Shown here one piece after another: positions 11,006 through 25,346 of a stretch of 64,000 nt of DNA. The translations under genes were made by a program, and so were the position numbers. The notes beneath the pieces are model-generated. The model saw only the letters and a list, made by a program, of their open reading frames with translations, did not search any database and was not told the origin of the DNA. Where the stretch lies: assembly GCA_965112155.1 (NCBI GenBank), contig OZ218102.1. One strand, written 5' to 3'. The stretch is from Podarcis liolepis (lineage: Eukaryota). How positions within the stretch are numbered: the stretch's first letter is position 1; each line of letters starts with the position of its first letter.

Positions 11006-12429
11006 TAACTACTGGTTACACGTATTTCTGGGCAACTTAATCTGCAGCACAAGCCCCTTCCTGCTTTTTCCTTAGCTCATGCAGACACTAATGCCAACAG
11101 AGTTGGGAGATCAGTTATTTAAATCTTAGCATTCACTCTCCGCACAGCATCCTTGATGCATCTTCAAAGTTCAAAAACCAATCTGTTTCATATTGTGCAA
11201 TGTTAAGGCTGACCAGATGCCTAAGGGCACTTCCAGATACATGTTTTGCAGAAGACTGCAACAGCCTGCCACCATTGGACCAGATGGGACTAGTAGAATC
11301 ACACAGCTACTATACTAGTAGCAGCTCCTTGTGCTCCCCTCCCTTTAGATCATTTGTGGTTTGCTTCTCTCATTGCTGCTAGGATCAATGCCTGGGAGTG
11401 CATTACCTTATTTTTTCCTTGTTTCAGTTGCTTCAGAGCAAAAAAAATTGCAGACTGAGCAGCTCAGCTCTTGCAAAGCATGTCTGAACTTTACAACGAC
11501 GGTAAGGAAATCAGTGGCAATAAAAACGTTCTGCGGCCCTTTAGAAGAAACAATCAAAAACTAGAATTCACTCTGGGATAGTAGAAAAGATTTGGAAGTG
11601 GTAGGGAAACGGCGTCAGCCCCATTATTAGTTGACTGCTGCCTAAAGAGGTAAATGTTGGCTGGTCTGCAAGAGCAAGCCCATAGCTGCCTGTATGCTGC
11701 AGGTGTATGCCTCCTCCAGCCTCAGTGGATATTTAGCATTCAGCCCAACCTCAAAGCAGTTGAAATATTAACTTTGTGCCATAGGCCAGATGCGCATTGC
11801 CTGAGGGTGGTGAGCACAGAACTCTTTCTAAATGGCTGAGTAAATCAATGCCCCATTCTTGCTGGTATTCTGTACCTCCCACACCCGTGTAGATATACTC
11901 TTAATCTGTATGCACCTACTATCTTGTGTGTTGGCAAGATCTAACTTTCCGTATCATGAGAGAATGCCCTAAATGCATTCAACACAAAAAGAAATTCCAA
12001 ATTCTGCACTGAAATAAATCCCAGAGTATGAGTTAAGAGTGAACCAACTCTGCAGGTATCTTGTGTTATGCACCACTTTCCAGTTCCATATACAGTAATG
12101 GAAACATCTGTAATTTTTAGTAAGGAACTGGGCATTGAATGGCATGAAGGAGACAGGAGTGGGCTGTAAGGGTCCAGTAACAGGCCTAAATCAGGGCTTT
12201 GCCTAAAGCATGGGTGAGGAACTGGTGACCCTCCAGACCTTAAAGCATAAATCTGTAATGTATGCTTTAATTGAGATTCCTGCTTTGCAAGGGGTTGGAC
12301 CAGATGATCCTCAGGGTCCCTTCCAATTCTACAGTTTTATAAACCTGTGACTACCAACTTCCATCAGCTCCATCAATGCTCAGGGATAATGGTGTCTTTT
12401 GTCCAGCATCAATCATTTCGAAGCCCTAG

Positions 12430-13030
12430 GTTACCCCCCTTTGGCCTATGGGTACCCACAGAGTACCCTGAGATGAGATTTGAACTGTTAGTCTTCCAAT
12501 AAAGTTCACCCCCCCCCTTTGATTAAGAACACTAATATTTATCCCAGGGAATATCAAACAGTAACAAAATCCATATAAACATGGGGATAAAGTCCAACAG
12601 AGGAATCGAAACGGCTTCCCTGTCAAATAAACAAATCCTGCCATCAATTTCCAATTATCAGGTGGTTCTCAGATCACCTATAATTATATATGAAACATAT
12701 TCATACCTTAGTTCATAAAATATTCCTTGTCTTAATTCCCTTCTGAAGCCTTTAGACTTTTGCATTTGTTCTTATAGTAATACAATATCCCACACTTGTG
12801 TGTATCATCGCTCAACTGCAGACCCCTCTTCTGTTTTTCATGTCCAGGTTATAAATGGCCTAGCAATCTTCAAGAGGAAAATTGTTAGCTCCTTAACCGT
12901 TACTTCTGCCAAATCATTTTGAAAGACTGCTAATATAAATGTAGGACTCACCTAAAAGCATTTGACCAGAATGATTGGAGCCTTGTACACTGCCACCACA
13001 TGTGGAAAGATGTTTCAACCTCTGCGACTC
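12430..13030 (-). mobile_element. L1/Tx1 LINE 3' fragment
   Basis: Minus strand encodes ETSFHMWWQCTRLQSFW (about 12965-13020), the L1 ORF2 CCHC-region motif; left boundary approximate. Confidence 0.7.
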
Positions 13031-15291
13031 CAACTGAGATGATTATATATCCTACTGAAAGTGAAATACCATCTCAGTGAAACTTTAAATGTGTTCTCCC
13101 TGATCCTTGATGACATAGAGGGAAATGGCTCCCCCCCCAAAAAAGTTCATGCTTTTAACCTACACTCTACACTCTTTAAGGCTGTAGAGCAGCTGTAGAG
13201 GATGAACAAGTAACTGTACAGGCCTCTTCCCTCACCTTTCATTTGCTGAATACTGCAAGTCCTTGTCCAGCCTTCATTAAAGCTCTCCTCCACATTCAAC
13301 ACTAGAATTAGGATGCTGATCCCACACCAGATACTATAGCGATGCAAAAATACAAAAACAAGACACCCCCTCACAGCCCTATCTATGTGGAATTGATTCC
13401 ATGTCCTCCTTTGACCCAAACCCACAGGCAATGCTAGGCCGCTAAGGATCTTTGATTAAAATTGTGGATGTACCACTCGTTGACTTTGGGAGTCTCCAAA
13501 TTCAATTTCAGGCATGAATGAAGCACAGAGGAGCTCCATCTTGTCAATTTCCTTTAGCTCTTTATAACGCATAAGCGCCATTTTTGTGTGGTTTCTAATG
13601 TGGCTGTAAAAACACAGAGAAACTCATCAGGGCTGAGATTCACTGAATCATAATTCAGACAGGTACTGTAGCTAGAAATTTGGATGACAGAAAGATTTTA
13701 TTTACAATTTTGGGGGGAAAGATGTGAATTTAGCAACACTGAAATGCAGATGGAATATGTGTCTATTGGTCCTCAAAGTAACCCCTGGGTACATGAGGCA
13801 CAATCTTCCCTAGCAGCAATAACTTCCAGTGCTATAGGCCTCTGCCATTCAAGAGCAATGATGCCCTAAAGTGAGAAACAAGACCCAGTGAGGAGCCACA
13901 GTATTTCTATGCACCCAAAGCACAGCAGACTGGGGGATCCATGCAGTTTGGGCATGATGTGTCTGGTGTGTCACAGCATGCTTCACATGATACCTCCACA
14001 ATTGACTGTGGGAGTTGTACAGGAATATGGACTTCTCAGAGTGTGTCACATCCTCCTGCATGCTAGGTGGGGCAACAAACATAATTTTTTACCTTTGTAC
14101 ACTGGTAGGCTAGTTTGTACACTTGCGCAGCCCTCCCCCCCCCCCAAATCCAGAAAAGCAAGAGGCACAATCAATGTTCAAAACACACTGCAGCCAAGCA
14201 AAAACATTCGGGTGCAAAGCAATGTCAGTGAGGAGTATAGCCTGGAGACAGAGAGGTCTGAAAGGCCCTGTTTGGCTCTTGAGCTTGAGGTTCCGTACCC
14301 GTGATCTAATCTGATAGAGCTAACCGTCCCCAACATAGGCTGAAGAAAGGAAGACTCTCTGTAGGAGTCAGGCTCTCTACAGAACAGGGTGTTATGGTGG
14401 GACCAAGCCTCAGTGAGTATTTCTAACCTCTGAGGAAGGTGTCTTCATTTAAACTGCAATGTTTGATGAAGAAGATGTTTGTGTATACAAATAAGTTTCA
14501 TTTTGTGTGAAGGCCAAGACTTGCCTGTTATTACTTTAATAAAGCCCAGGTGTTTTTCACAGATACATTGCAAGGAAGCTAGGAAATATAAATGATATAT
14601 TAATCACCTTCATTCTCTTTGTCCTTTCTTGCAGAGGAAAAAACCCCCAACAGCCCTATTATAGACATTAAAACTTCGAACACTTGTCTGCAAGCCATTA
14701 CTTTAGGATCCAATTTAATGCACAAATGATTGCCGTTAAGACAAATCACTATCACGCTCCATCTGCAATTCAGTGACAGTGTGGTAACAGCACAAGTGGC
14801 CACTACTACCCATGGGAATGTGATTTGTAGGAGTGTGACTTGAACCTTGGAGTCGTTGATCAGAGTACAGAACTCAATCCATTCTCGACCACAGCGGTTA
14901 TGGTATATCCACCCTATCCAAATATAGCACACACAAAAACGTTAATCAGAGCAACTTAATGTGCAACTGTGGTTGTGAGGGTAAAACTGATAAAAAATTG
15001 TAAAAGCACCTACCACTTCAAAGTAAGTGCCATGGAAATTATTAATACAAGCCTTCTCCTGAGGCAGATCATATTGTGCAAAAGGAAACAGACCACATCA
15101 GAAGACCGTTGATAAGCAAATGCTGGGGCCCAGGCTCTTACGTTTGTGTGCAGACAAAGGGCCCCCTAACCTGGCTGAAGCTTGTAAAGCACTGGAATGA
15201 GAAAGTTAAACAAGAGTTAGAGTATAAAGTCTCATTTATCAGTTCTGCAATCACTCAATAAATGCACACAAGACACAACTATGCAAACAAG

Positions 15292-15297
15292 TTTAAT
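15292..15297 (-). terminator. Candidate polyadenylation signal ATTAAA
   Basis: Minus strand reads tgtgtattcaaagtgcATTAAActtgtttgcatagttgtgtcttgtgtg, i.e. the hexamer followed by a GU-rich element. Confidence 0.5.
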
Positions 15298-15572
15298 GCA
15301 CTTTGAATACACAGGAGGGAAACAAAGCTTTGTGATCACAAAAATATTACAAAAAGTAGTTTTGCGCAGGTGAACACACACCGGCACTGTGATAATGTAA
15401 GAATATACATTAGAAACTAATATAAAATATTTTTAAAACCTCTGCTAGTTTAGGTTCCCATTGTTTTTTTTGGTAGAAAAAAAGGCATACTACAAAGTAC
15501 TGAGAATTTCACTGCAGGAATGGCAAGCCATTTTCAGACAGCTTCTGCAATGTCCTTTAGATTTTTGTTGAG

Positions 15573-15574
<2 letters not shown>

Positions 15575-15614
<40 letters not shown>
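15575..15614 (+). repeat. (AC)n microsatellite
   Basis: About 20 perfect AC units. Confidence 0.95.
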
Positions 15615-15618
<4 letters not shown>

Positions 15619-18600
15619 CACACAGATGAACTACAAAAAGGTTCATCTCAGCTGAAGCTGGTAAAAGTAGCCTCAGCAGTCAGAATTAAAATTGAGCAGG
15701 TCTAAGGATTAGGTCCTCCAAAAGCAAAACCACTCATTTTGTTTTCTAGCATTACAGCCATCCAAATTATAAAACTACAGTAACAACAAGAGCACTATCA
15801 TGTAAAAAAAAAAAAAATCCACCCTGCTTTAACAGTGAACTCTGGTTCCTACCGATATAAAACAGTCTCAAGAAAGGAAGGCAAAGGCAAACCTGGAGTG
15901 TAACATTACCTTAATTTATTCCTTTAAGTCTCATTTGCTGTGTTTAGAAGCAGCGACAATCTGATCTGCTAAAACTGAACACCAATGCTATGCTCCTGAG
16001 CCCTCCCACCCAGGATCCAGCACACGGAATGTCCCTAAGAATGGGGGCTGGGCCACAAAGCCCGTGGCTTTTAGGAGCTTTCTTCCACGATGGCAGTTTG
16101 ATCCTGCTAAATTGTGAACTGCAGCTCCAGAAAAGCCAGGCCCCAGACTGTGTAATTCATCAGCAATCAGAGCACAGAATCTTTTGAATTAACTCACTGG
16201 TTTTATCACTTTAATAGGTTTCGCTTTCCCTAAGGTAGGTGAAGTCTTTATACAGAATTGAGATTCTGTTCAGTGTTGAAAGGGAAACTAGCGAAAGGGA
16301 TACTCGGCTTAAACCTGAGCCAACAGATCCTTTGAAGACAATTGCACACTCCTGTGTTTCCCCAGAATATTAACCAGGGCTGGCAGTGGCTATCCTCTCT
16401 TATTGAAGGGCCTACACTAACATGCACTATTGTCAACAAGGCTCAAACCATCCTCCCCCTCTTTTTCCATTATGTAGAGGAGCAGTGATGAATGCAGACC
16501 TTTGCCATCAGGGCCCAGGAAAGAAAACAGCAGCCATGTTGATTTCAACCCAAACTAGGAAACAAGCAAAGGGAAATGTGTGCAGGAGGGCGAGGAGAGT
16601 AGTAAGAGAAGTGTTTGCAAAACCAGAACCATCAGCTGGTAAGCAGATTCTGGTCTGTGCTTTTAAACAAATCTGTTTTCTGAAATTAAAGTGTATTTGA
16701 TTGAGCCCTTTAAACATTTACTTCACACGCTGGCATTCATTACGCTATTCTGCTATCAGGCTTCCACATTTCAACAGTGAATCATAAAAGTAGGTAGATG
16801 GAAAGGGTACTTCAGAATACTTCTCCAACCTCCTTATTAGCTGGCTGGCAGAAAGTAGAAAAGGCATACCTTTATGACAGCCTTGGAATGATACTGTAAA
16901 GCTAATGTACCACTTATTACGACTTTATGGTCTGTAAGCAATCTGAGGAAAAAATAATTGTGTATGAAATGAAGAAGCTGAAAAGTGCATAATGCCCATG
17001 GGTTAATTGCCTGAGAGGCAGGTCAGCCTAGGGATCCTTTTGAAACCCTCATCAGCTACAGGCTCATTTTCTGTTTGACATTTTGGATGCTCAGTAAAGG
17101 AGGATTCAAAAGAGACGGAACAACTAAAGGTAGGAAAAGCTACAGTAACATAGGGCTGCCAGAATATGAAGGTATTCTTTCTGTTCCTATAAAGTACAAT
17201 GATGGTAGTGGTGTAGAGAAACATTAAACATTAACACATTTTTGCCCCAAGCCATTAAAAACACTTCTGCAAATACATTTGCTTTCTGACCCTTACTTCC
17301 CTTGCTTTTATGTGTAAAGGGCTTTTCTTTAAAACAGTTCATGATTTTCTCCCTGCTGCTAGAAAAACACAAGTGTGATGAGATGGAGCAATCCCTACAG
17401 CAGCAATGAACTCCACCAGCATGCATGCAGATGTGAAACCCATGCTTTCATCTGCCATAGAAGTGCCTGACACTTCCAGATCTGCAAAGCTAAGTGGATG
17501 ATCATGGTGCAGTGCAAAACATGCTGAAGAAGCTTGCAGTGTGCATGTAGAGCATCTCTGTCCAACCAACCATCTGGCTTAGTGACAAAGTTCAGATTTA
17601 CACACCAGAAAAACAAAATCCTGAGCTATTGTGTCTAATGGTGCACACAGATGTACAAGGAGCAAGCTTCTTTTGACCCTGTGGGGTAAGCTCAATAACC
17701 CTCATTCTTTAGACTCTCTCTCTCTCTCACACTCTCTTTGCAGTGAGCACTGGTTTCTAGGCCACCCTCACCCTTCTCTGCTGAGCTGCCTGTCTTTCTT
17801 GTTATCTTTAAAGTGCTGCTGGTAGGACCCTGCATTTAAACTATCATACAGTGCCTGACTTATTGATGATTAAAGAGCCATCATTTATTCTGAAGCTGAA
17901 AATTATTACAGGCAGAGGTTGTTTCATGGTGTCACAAATGTCCAGCCAGTTAGCACTTTGAGCAGCCCCTTCAGCTTCAAATTGACATGTGTAATATGGT
18001 TTAATGCAAATGAGCAGTGTGCCGGAATGAGCTGGGAGCAACAATCCACAGGTGGTGTGTCATCTAAACTTAAACGCATGGCTTGGTTCCCCCAAACAAA
18101 CCAGGAGCATGGGTTTGGACAACATGACAAGTCAAGTCTTGTAGTTTGTTGCTCCTAGTATGATGCAGCCAGGAGCGAGGGAGGAGCAAAGAAGGGACTT
18201 TTGAGCAGTGTGCACCAGCATGCTGCTCATTCACATTAAACCACAGTTAAATATTAACTATGGTTTAACCTTACATGCAAACACAGCCGATGAGTGTGCT
18301 TTGAAGAGGGGAGTGGATTCTGTTTTTATAACTTCCCTTGCTACCAATGTCAGTGCCATGGGGGAGAGGAAACCCACAGAAGTGGGGATAGATTTTTTTG
18401 TTTTGCTAAAACTATATTCTTATAGCTTGCAGTGTTCTCATGTGAAATTCTACAGCCCATCTATATTTTGCTCACTTACTTACTGACTGCTTCATATTGA
18501 GACAGTAAACCCTCTGGAATGGCTCTTTTGTTGCCATTTGGTCTGATGGCTAGGTTAGCACTGTCCTGGCACATGGCTGCTGCAACAGCTGCACTGAAAG

Positions 18601-21600
18601 TTAATAATTGTCGCAGCAACCGAGGAATGGTGTTTACAGCTCCAGGTGCTGAAGGGATTAAGCAGCAGGTGCAAACCAACTGAAGAACAGCCAAAGCTCC
18701 AGTTTCCTGTTAGCCAGTTTAGTAACTAGCAAGTGGAGAACAAGAGTGCAAAGTAAACTCTTCCTGCCTTGTCTTAGGGTGGGAGGAATGGTCAGCATAA
18801 GTGACCACAGTGAAAAGTTAGTAATACACAGTAAATGGAGAGACCAAGCTCCATTCCATTAAGTCCTCTGGGAAGCCAACAATAATAGTTTCTAGCAGTT
18901 ACTGCCATAAACTGTTACTGATTAAACACCAAGACACTTTACCTTTGATTTGCCAAGGTAGTAATTTGTGGGTACTTTCAGGCAGATATGAAATCTGAAT
19001 ACTCTGCAAACCCTACAAGACAGTCATTTTAAATACACTTTGGACCAGTTCTTTCTCTCTAAAGGAATGCTCATGCAGAACAAAACGTTTAAAAGGTTAT
19101 GGAAAAATGTAACATCAGTGTGGACTTTGCAGCAAACTATCAAAAGCCACAGAAGACTGTAGTCTAGTCTCCAGCTCACAGATCCTTCCTGAAAAACCCA
19201 CAAGATTTTTTTTTCACTTCCAGATTAACATTTCATAGGATTTCTGGCTTTCCCTCCATGGATTCTTTCATTTCTCAGATAGGAAACTCCTCAGCTCTTT
19301 ACTGCATATGGTAGAGGGTAAACTATAGAGAGTAACAAATGAGACAGTATAGCTGTGTAAAGCCTCACTACATTAATTAAATTACTATGGAACACAAGGC
19401 TTCCAAGATAAACTGTAGAAAAGCCAGACAGTTTAGATTCTAGAAATGACTTCTAAAGCCTCACATAATTGAATTCTCCTTCATCCAATAACATTTCTAT
19501 GTACATAGGAAATTTACGTCAGGCAGAAGGTTTCTACACTCCTCCCTGACATGCCAGTTTTCTATGTGCAAGGATTTTTTCTCTTGCACAGAGGAGCATT
19601 CCGTCATATGAGACTCCATTGCAGTCCTAAGCACAGCAGTCAAGAAACAGCTTTATCATCCCAGCTGCTGTTTGTGAAAGCTAGGCCTAATAAGGATGGC
19701 TTTTGTGGGGAAAATATGTTAGGTATCTGACAGTAACATTTGAGTGATAGCACACCATTTGAATGCCAAAAGATTTTCCTCATAAGCAGGGACCCCTTAC
19801 AAGATTTCGTTACAACCTTCTATGGCTTGGCCTATTTCAACCTTGCAGTGTTTTATGCTTAGTCAATTTGGCAATAGCGGTTAGTCAATTTTGCTTACGT
19901 TAGCACGTTTGAATTGTGCTCACGACAGCACAACAGCATCCAAAATACTACAAACTAAGTGAGTGACTCCCAAAGCATTTTTGCCTTGTAGTCCCTAAAC
20001 ATCAGACCACACTAGTGTACCATGTGATCCTAAGTCCTTTACTTAATGTGAAAGGTGAGGCTTCTAGGATTCTGACAGGGAGCCTGTGGGCAATATTAAA
20101 TAGTTTATTGTGAGCTACTTTATGTCACCAGCACATATCTATCTAAACTTGCTCGAGGTCCAGTTCCCTAACCATCAGCCCATGGGTGTACACCAATTCT
20201 GGTGTACATCAGTATACAACAATTCTGACCAATTTCTGAAGGTCACTTATGCCCGTGACAAAATTTCTGAAGAACCTAAGTATACACAACAAGAGAACAT
20301 GGTATTTTGAACAGTTGCCTAGATGAAGTGGACTCTCATTCTCTTGGGATGGGAAGGGAAGAGAACCAACATGTTTCCTTCTACAAACTTTGTAACAGAA
20401 ACTTTCAGAAGATAGTTTCAGGTTGTAGATTTCTGCTTTAGCAGTGCCAGATTTCATTTTCAGTAGTGAGCTATGGAGCTACTACCACTTTCCTCTCCTA
20501 GAAAGTTAGTCAAACTGCCTATAAACACAAAGTCAAAGTCTGCACAAAATGGTGTTAGAAATACAGTGTAGCTGTCTCAAAATCAGACCAGAACTCTGAA
20601 AATTAATGCCTGTGTTTGCAGTAGTACATCAAGCTGAATTTTCAAAACATTCTGAAATGGCCTGACTCAATATGCATTAAAATTAACAGATATGCCTTCC
20701 CAAAATACGTGAATGGAAAGTGAAAACATGATTTCAGCAGAAATAAATGTTCTTTGGAAAACTTTGTTTTTAAAGCCAATTTAGAAACAAGACAATAGGT
20801 TTTCAGGCATCTCTTTAACTAATGTACCCTTTTCTATTTCTCTGCAGTATGAGTCAGGAAAATTTGGTACAAATCTATAGGAAACTTCAGGAAGGATACA
20901 GTATCAAAATTGTTAACCCAGAAGATCTGGCTGTACCAAGTTAGAAAATAAACACCCAAAGCCCTCCGCTCATTGTACAGTCCAGTGAGAAATACCTATG
21001 AAACCCAATTCTCCATGTACTTGTCCCTTTTATAGGTGACCATGAAACAAGGAAGTTATGCTTATCTTTGAAGAGAATCAATTATCATTTTGGCCTATTA
21101 CCCTAGGACACACTAAGATAGGTGTTTAATCCTGCAATCCAGTACTTACCTGGTAGGAAGCCCCACTGAACACCATTAAGTTTCACAGAACTTTTTAAAG
21201 CAACCTTTTCCTAAATATAACCCAAGCTGTATCTCTTCCCTAGGGCAAACTCCTGACTTAAATAGGATGTTTATAGGCCTCAGAATTGAGAATCTAAAAT
21301 GACAGCTTAAGTACAGCCCCCTCTGTAACATCATGGCAGTTTAGCCAGTGGGACCATGATTCCCCTGCCAAATCAGTCCCTAGCGTGGCATCAAAACTGA
21401 TCAGTGTTTCCTCAGTTTGATTGTGTGTACATAAAGTATAAACAAAATGGCCTTTCTGGAGCAATAAAAAAAATCACACTGAAGGAATAATTCTGGCCAG
21501 AAGAAGCATGGCTAATTAAAGAATTTGAGAGTTACAAAAAATACTTCTAATGGATTGTGTGTTTACGCTTGAAAATTGTGTGATTAAGCCAAGGCAGATG

Positions 21601-21945
21601 AGGCACATAAACCCTGAGCTGGGGGTTGCAGGGACCTCTGGAGCCAGTTAAAGTAGGGAAAGGATTCTTACAACTACTATTAATAGTTAAATACTTCTCT
21701 CTCTTTGTCTCACTCTCGCACTCATTCATATGCAGGTTATTCAGAGTTCTTCCATGACGGAAGAGAATGCCAGGTACTGGAAGAATTGAGTTCTGGCTGG
21801 ACTGCTGTTGAGTAACCCCTCCGTTGTTTGCAGTGGATATGCAGCAGCATCTCTTATTTGCAAGAAGAGCTTTTACTGCACTAAATTATCCTATGAGTCA
21901 CTGGGCAGCATACAGCAACTTGTTGCTTGTGGGTGTCAGCTGGCT

Positions 21946-22035
21946 TTAATGCAGTGGGTTGTCAAATACAGCATCAGGCAAGATGGAGACTTTCAGTTTC
22001 TTTTCAGGCCAACTATACTCCTTTGGAAGTTTGAA
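21946..22035 (-). CDS. SUFU: SUFU terminal exon 12, coding part with TAA stop
   Basis: ttctttag acceptor; FKLPKEYSWPEKKLKVSILPDAVFDNPLH*, the SUFU C-terminus. Confidence 0.97.
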   Translation of the reverse strand, partial: FKLPKEYSWPEKKLKVSILPDAVFDNPLH

Positions 22036-25000
22036 CTAAAGAAGCAAAAAAGTTATTAGTTAATATAACTTACCATGATGTATGATACACAAAGCAAACA
22101 AAATAATACCATTAGACCCAATAGAAGCAAATGTTTCCAGCTATCAGGTAAATAAGGAAATCTTTTTCCAAAGTGTTCATTTGGGACAGAAGACTGTTAT
22201 TTTATCATTATTTATTAAAAAATGTACACCACCCTTCATCCAAAGATCACAGGTCACTTTACATAGATTACATAGTCAAGTATTTTTTTCCTATTTCTAC
22301 CACTCACTTGTGCATTGCTGTCTTACTTTGCTTTCTCTTAATTGACCAGGGCCTCTTTTTTTGGCACCTGCTTAAGAAGGACTGAGTCAGTGAAATCAGA
22401 GGTTTTCTAGCCCAGCGTATCATGCATATAGGACTTCAGGGTACAGCAAACACGCACAGAGTTCAAGACATTGAAAATTCAGTGATAAAACAGTTTTAAA
22501 ATAGGTTTGATATACAACAAACACAAGTGAAACCCCACAATAAGGTAGTTGAGGAAGAAGCTGGTGAGACTGGCAAATAAAGGATTCATGCAAGGGTCGT
22601 GGGGAAGTGAAGTCCCAATAAGCCTCTCAAGGTTAACATCAATCCCACATGAACGTAACAAGAACAGTAGCAAAACTAGAAAACTAGCAGAAATATAGGG
22701 ACTTATGAGGTCCTGGTTATTTGGGAACAAATTCATTCCCCTGAGGCTGACTTTGAAAAACAGAGGGGCAGAATTCAGGGACACATAGAGGAGCCTTACT
22801 CCATGCCAACAGTTCATTTGCTATTATGGAGAATGAGGGTCTTAGCTGAGGAATTTAGGGGGGGGGATTCCATAGAACTGTCCTATTTCTTGGGTGCTTA
22901 ATAACTTACAGGAATTGATTGGGGAAGGGACTAGTAAGAGGCAATCACAAAACTGGGGGTGGAGTCTGCCTGGTGGGAAGACTGTAGACTGGATAGACTG
23001 TTAGATGGAGAAGTCAATGACCATTGTGCACATTGGCTGAGGAGTGGTTAAGTTACATGGGCTTTTTTCCTGCCAGAACTCAGTTCCAGCAGCTCTCAGG
23101 TGGGCACCATTGCCATTCAAAGAGAACGAGGGAGGTGTTCATGCTGAGTTCTGGCACCTCTTTTTCTAGAAAAATAGCACTGAGTAGAACATTGAGTCAA
23201 AGCCCTCCAAGGTAGTATTTTCAGAAATGCTCTCTCTTCCACATACATGACCAGCTAGACTGATGGAACTGCAGGGCCCTAGTTCTTGGATGTGATAGTG
23301 GTATGAAGAGGAAGAGTATAGATTAAGGAAATTTCTATCACACTATTAAGCAAAGCATTTTAGAGCAGCCATTTGCTAGACATCAGGGTCTCTTCTGGGA
23401 CAAGCTGAGCCTGTACAAAAGAGGCACCCTCCACTTCAACTGCAGTGTAACCAAACTGCTGGTGCTGAACATGAAAGAAGTCACAGAGCAGCTATTAGAC
23501 TTAACTTCTCAGGGTAAGCAAACAGGAGTTGAGGATCATCAAGTTCGGGATGATTTAACACTTAAGGATGATGATGTAAATGTTTTTCAGGTAAAGTGGA
23601 GGAGAGAGTACAACTCTAAAATGAGTATACAGAGAAAAATGGTAGCTAGCAAAAACCCAAAGAGTGACTGAAGAAATTGAACTAGAAAATGTTTGAAGAG
23701 AGATAGAATATATAGGTGTTTATATGTTAACATTACAGAAATCTCTTAACTGTGATGGGAGAGCTTAAGAGCTTGGAAGCTAAAAAAAAACAGGAATCCT
23801 GGGTATAACAGAAACCTACTGTCAACAGAGTGAACCAGTAGATCACGCTTACAGAAAGTCAAGAGAAAGCTCACATTAGGGCTCTCCTTTACTGAGGGAA
23901 GATCATTCAATGGTAAACTTATTTTAAAACTCCTCCAATAATTTCTTCACATGAAAAAATGGTTAAAAAGTAATTTAGAACTATCATTTATTCACTAAAA
24001 ACTTGAATGATCTTGAGATAAATAAAAATTAGGGAGGCAGTAAACTTGGTGTAATAATGAAAGACAACTTCATTCACATTACTGAGTTAAGTATTAGATG
24101 CAAGATGAAACAGTCTTTTAACTTCATTCTTTTTTGTTTTTGTTGCTGTAAAAAAACCACACCCCCATTTTTGATGTTGACTGTTCCTCAAAATAGCTCT
24201 CAAATCCATTTTTAATCCATGTAAGAAGTGTGCCAAGCCTTCCTGCATGGTTTTAAGATTCTAGGTAACTACGCAGTCCCTGAGCCAGCTGTCTTTCTGG
24301 CCCTGACCAAGAGGCAGTCACCAACTCCTCATATGATGAACCAAACTTCTCATTGACCTAAGACTTTGGGGAATGGAGAGGGTTCCCCACTGCCAATCCT
24401 GAAGACTGTTATGAAGCACCCCTAAAAATAAATATGAAGCATGCCTAAAAATAACTTTTCTATAGTAGCCTGCACCTTAAAAGGAAGTTTCAGTTTTGGC
24501 CAAGAGAGGCCCCAAGACAGACTCCATTACAGAAAACCAGGTGTGCATGTTCCAAGTTGGTTGTGTTATCTCCTTTGACTGTAAATTTCTGCCACCCTCC
24601 CCTTATCCTGCCAATTTAAAAATAAACAACTACTGTAGCTTTCATTACAACACAGCCTTCTAATTCTGAGACTACAAAACTTCAGCAGTAAGAATTAAAC
24701 AACAGGGCAGTTTGGGCAGTAGACGTAGGAAAGGCTGTTCTACAAGCAGACAAACCTTGACTGGAGTCAACAGAACTGTGAGAATTAGGATTATTTGCTT
24801 TTCATGGCAATGAATGAATGTTAGGGAGGATTACCTTATGATATGCACATGAAAAACCATTAGCAGCCCCACAGAGGAGTCATATAAATGCTCTTACCAC
24901 AATGCAAGGCTGTCAAGTAAGCAGTAAAAAACTACTGAAGGTGTCATTACAGACAGTCAAAGTCTATGTCTACATTCAGTAGACTATAAGGGATAGGAAC

Positions 25001-25277
25001 TCCATCGGAATTTTGCCAAGACATCAACAACTGCCAGGGGAGTGGCTAGCATAGAAGTCCTAAAATAGAACATTCAATCTTTACCATCCCCAGTGCTCCG
25101 ACCACATAATCTTGGGGTGGCCACATGAAGGACTTTCAAGGACTGGGTGATAACAGCAAAGAAAACATGAGCCCTGGATTTATAGCCAAGAAACCAGGCC
25201 ATCAAACCATCAACCAAGCAAATCAACCCCCTGAATACAGAAAGAGTCCCTTTGGATATTAGAGTTAAGAAACTTAC

Positions 25278-25346
25278 TTCCTCTGAAGAATTCAGATCTT
25301 CTAGGTCTTCCAGCATTCTTTCCACAAACTCTTCAGTCAGCAGGAT
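25278..25346 (-). CDS. SUFU: SUFU coding exon 11 (69 nt)
   Basis: ttgcag acceptor, gtaagt donor; ILLTEEFVERMLEDLEDLNSSEE. Confidence 0.97.

Larger units (their letters stand above)
15275..21945 (-). other. SUFU: Probable long SUFU 3' UTR (about 6.7 kb); far end uncertain
   Basis: Directly follows the stop codon, is poor in young repeats, and ends in a U/GU-rich block with ATTAAA. The extent is inferred. Confidence 0.5.

Noticed and set aside
1-15000. TRIM8, the usual downstream neighbour of SUFU
   Set aside because: No RING/B-box exon or CpG-island promoter is visible; it probably lies beyond the left edge.
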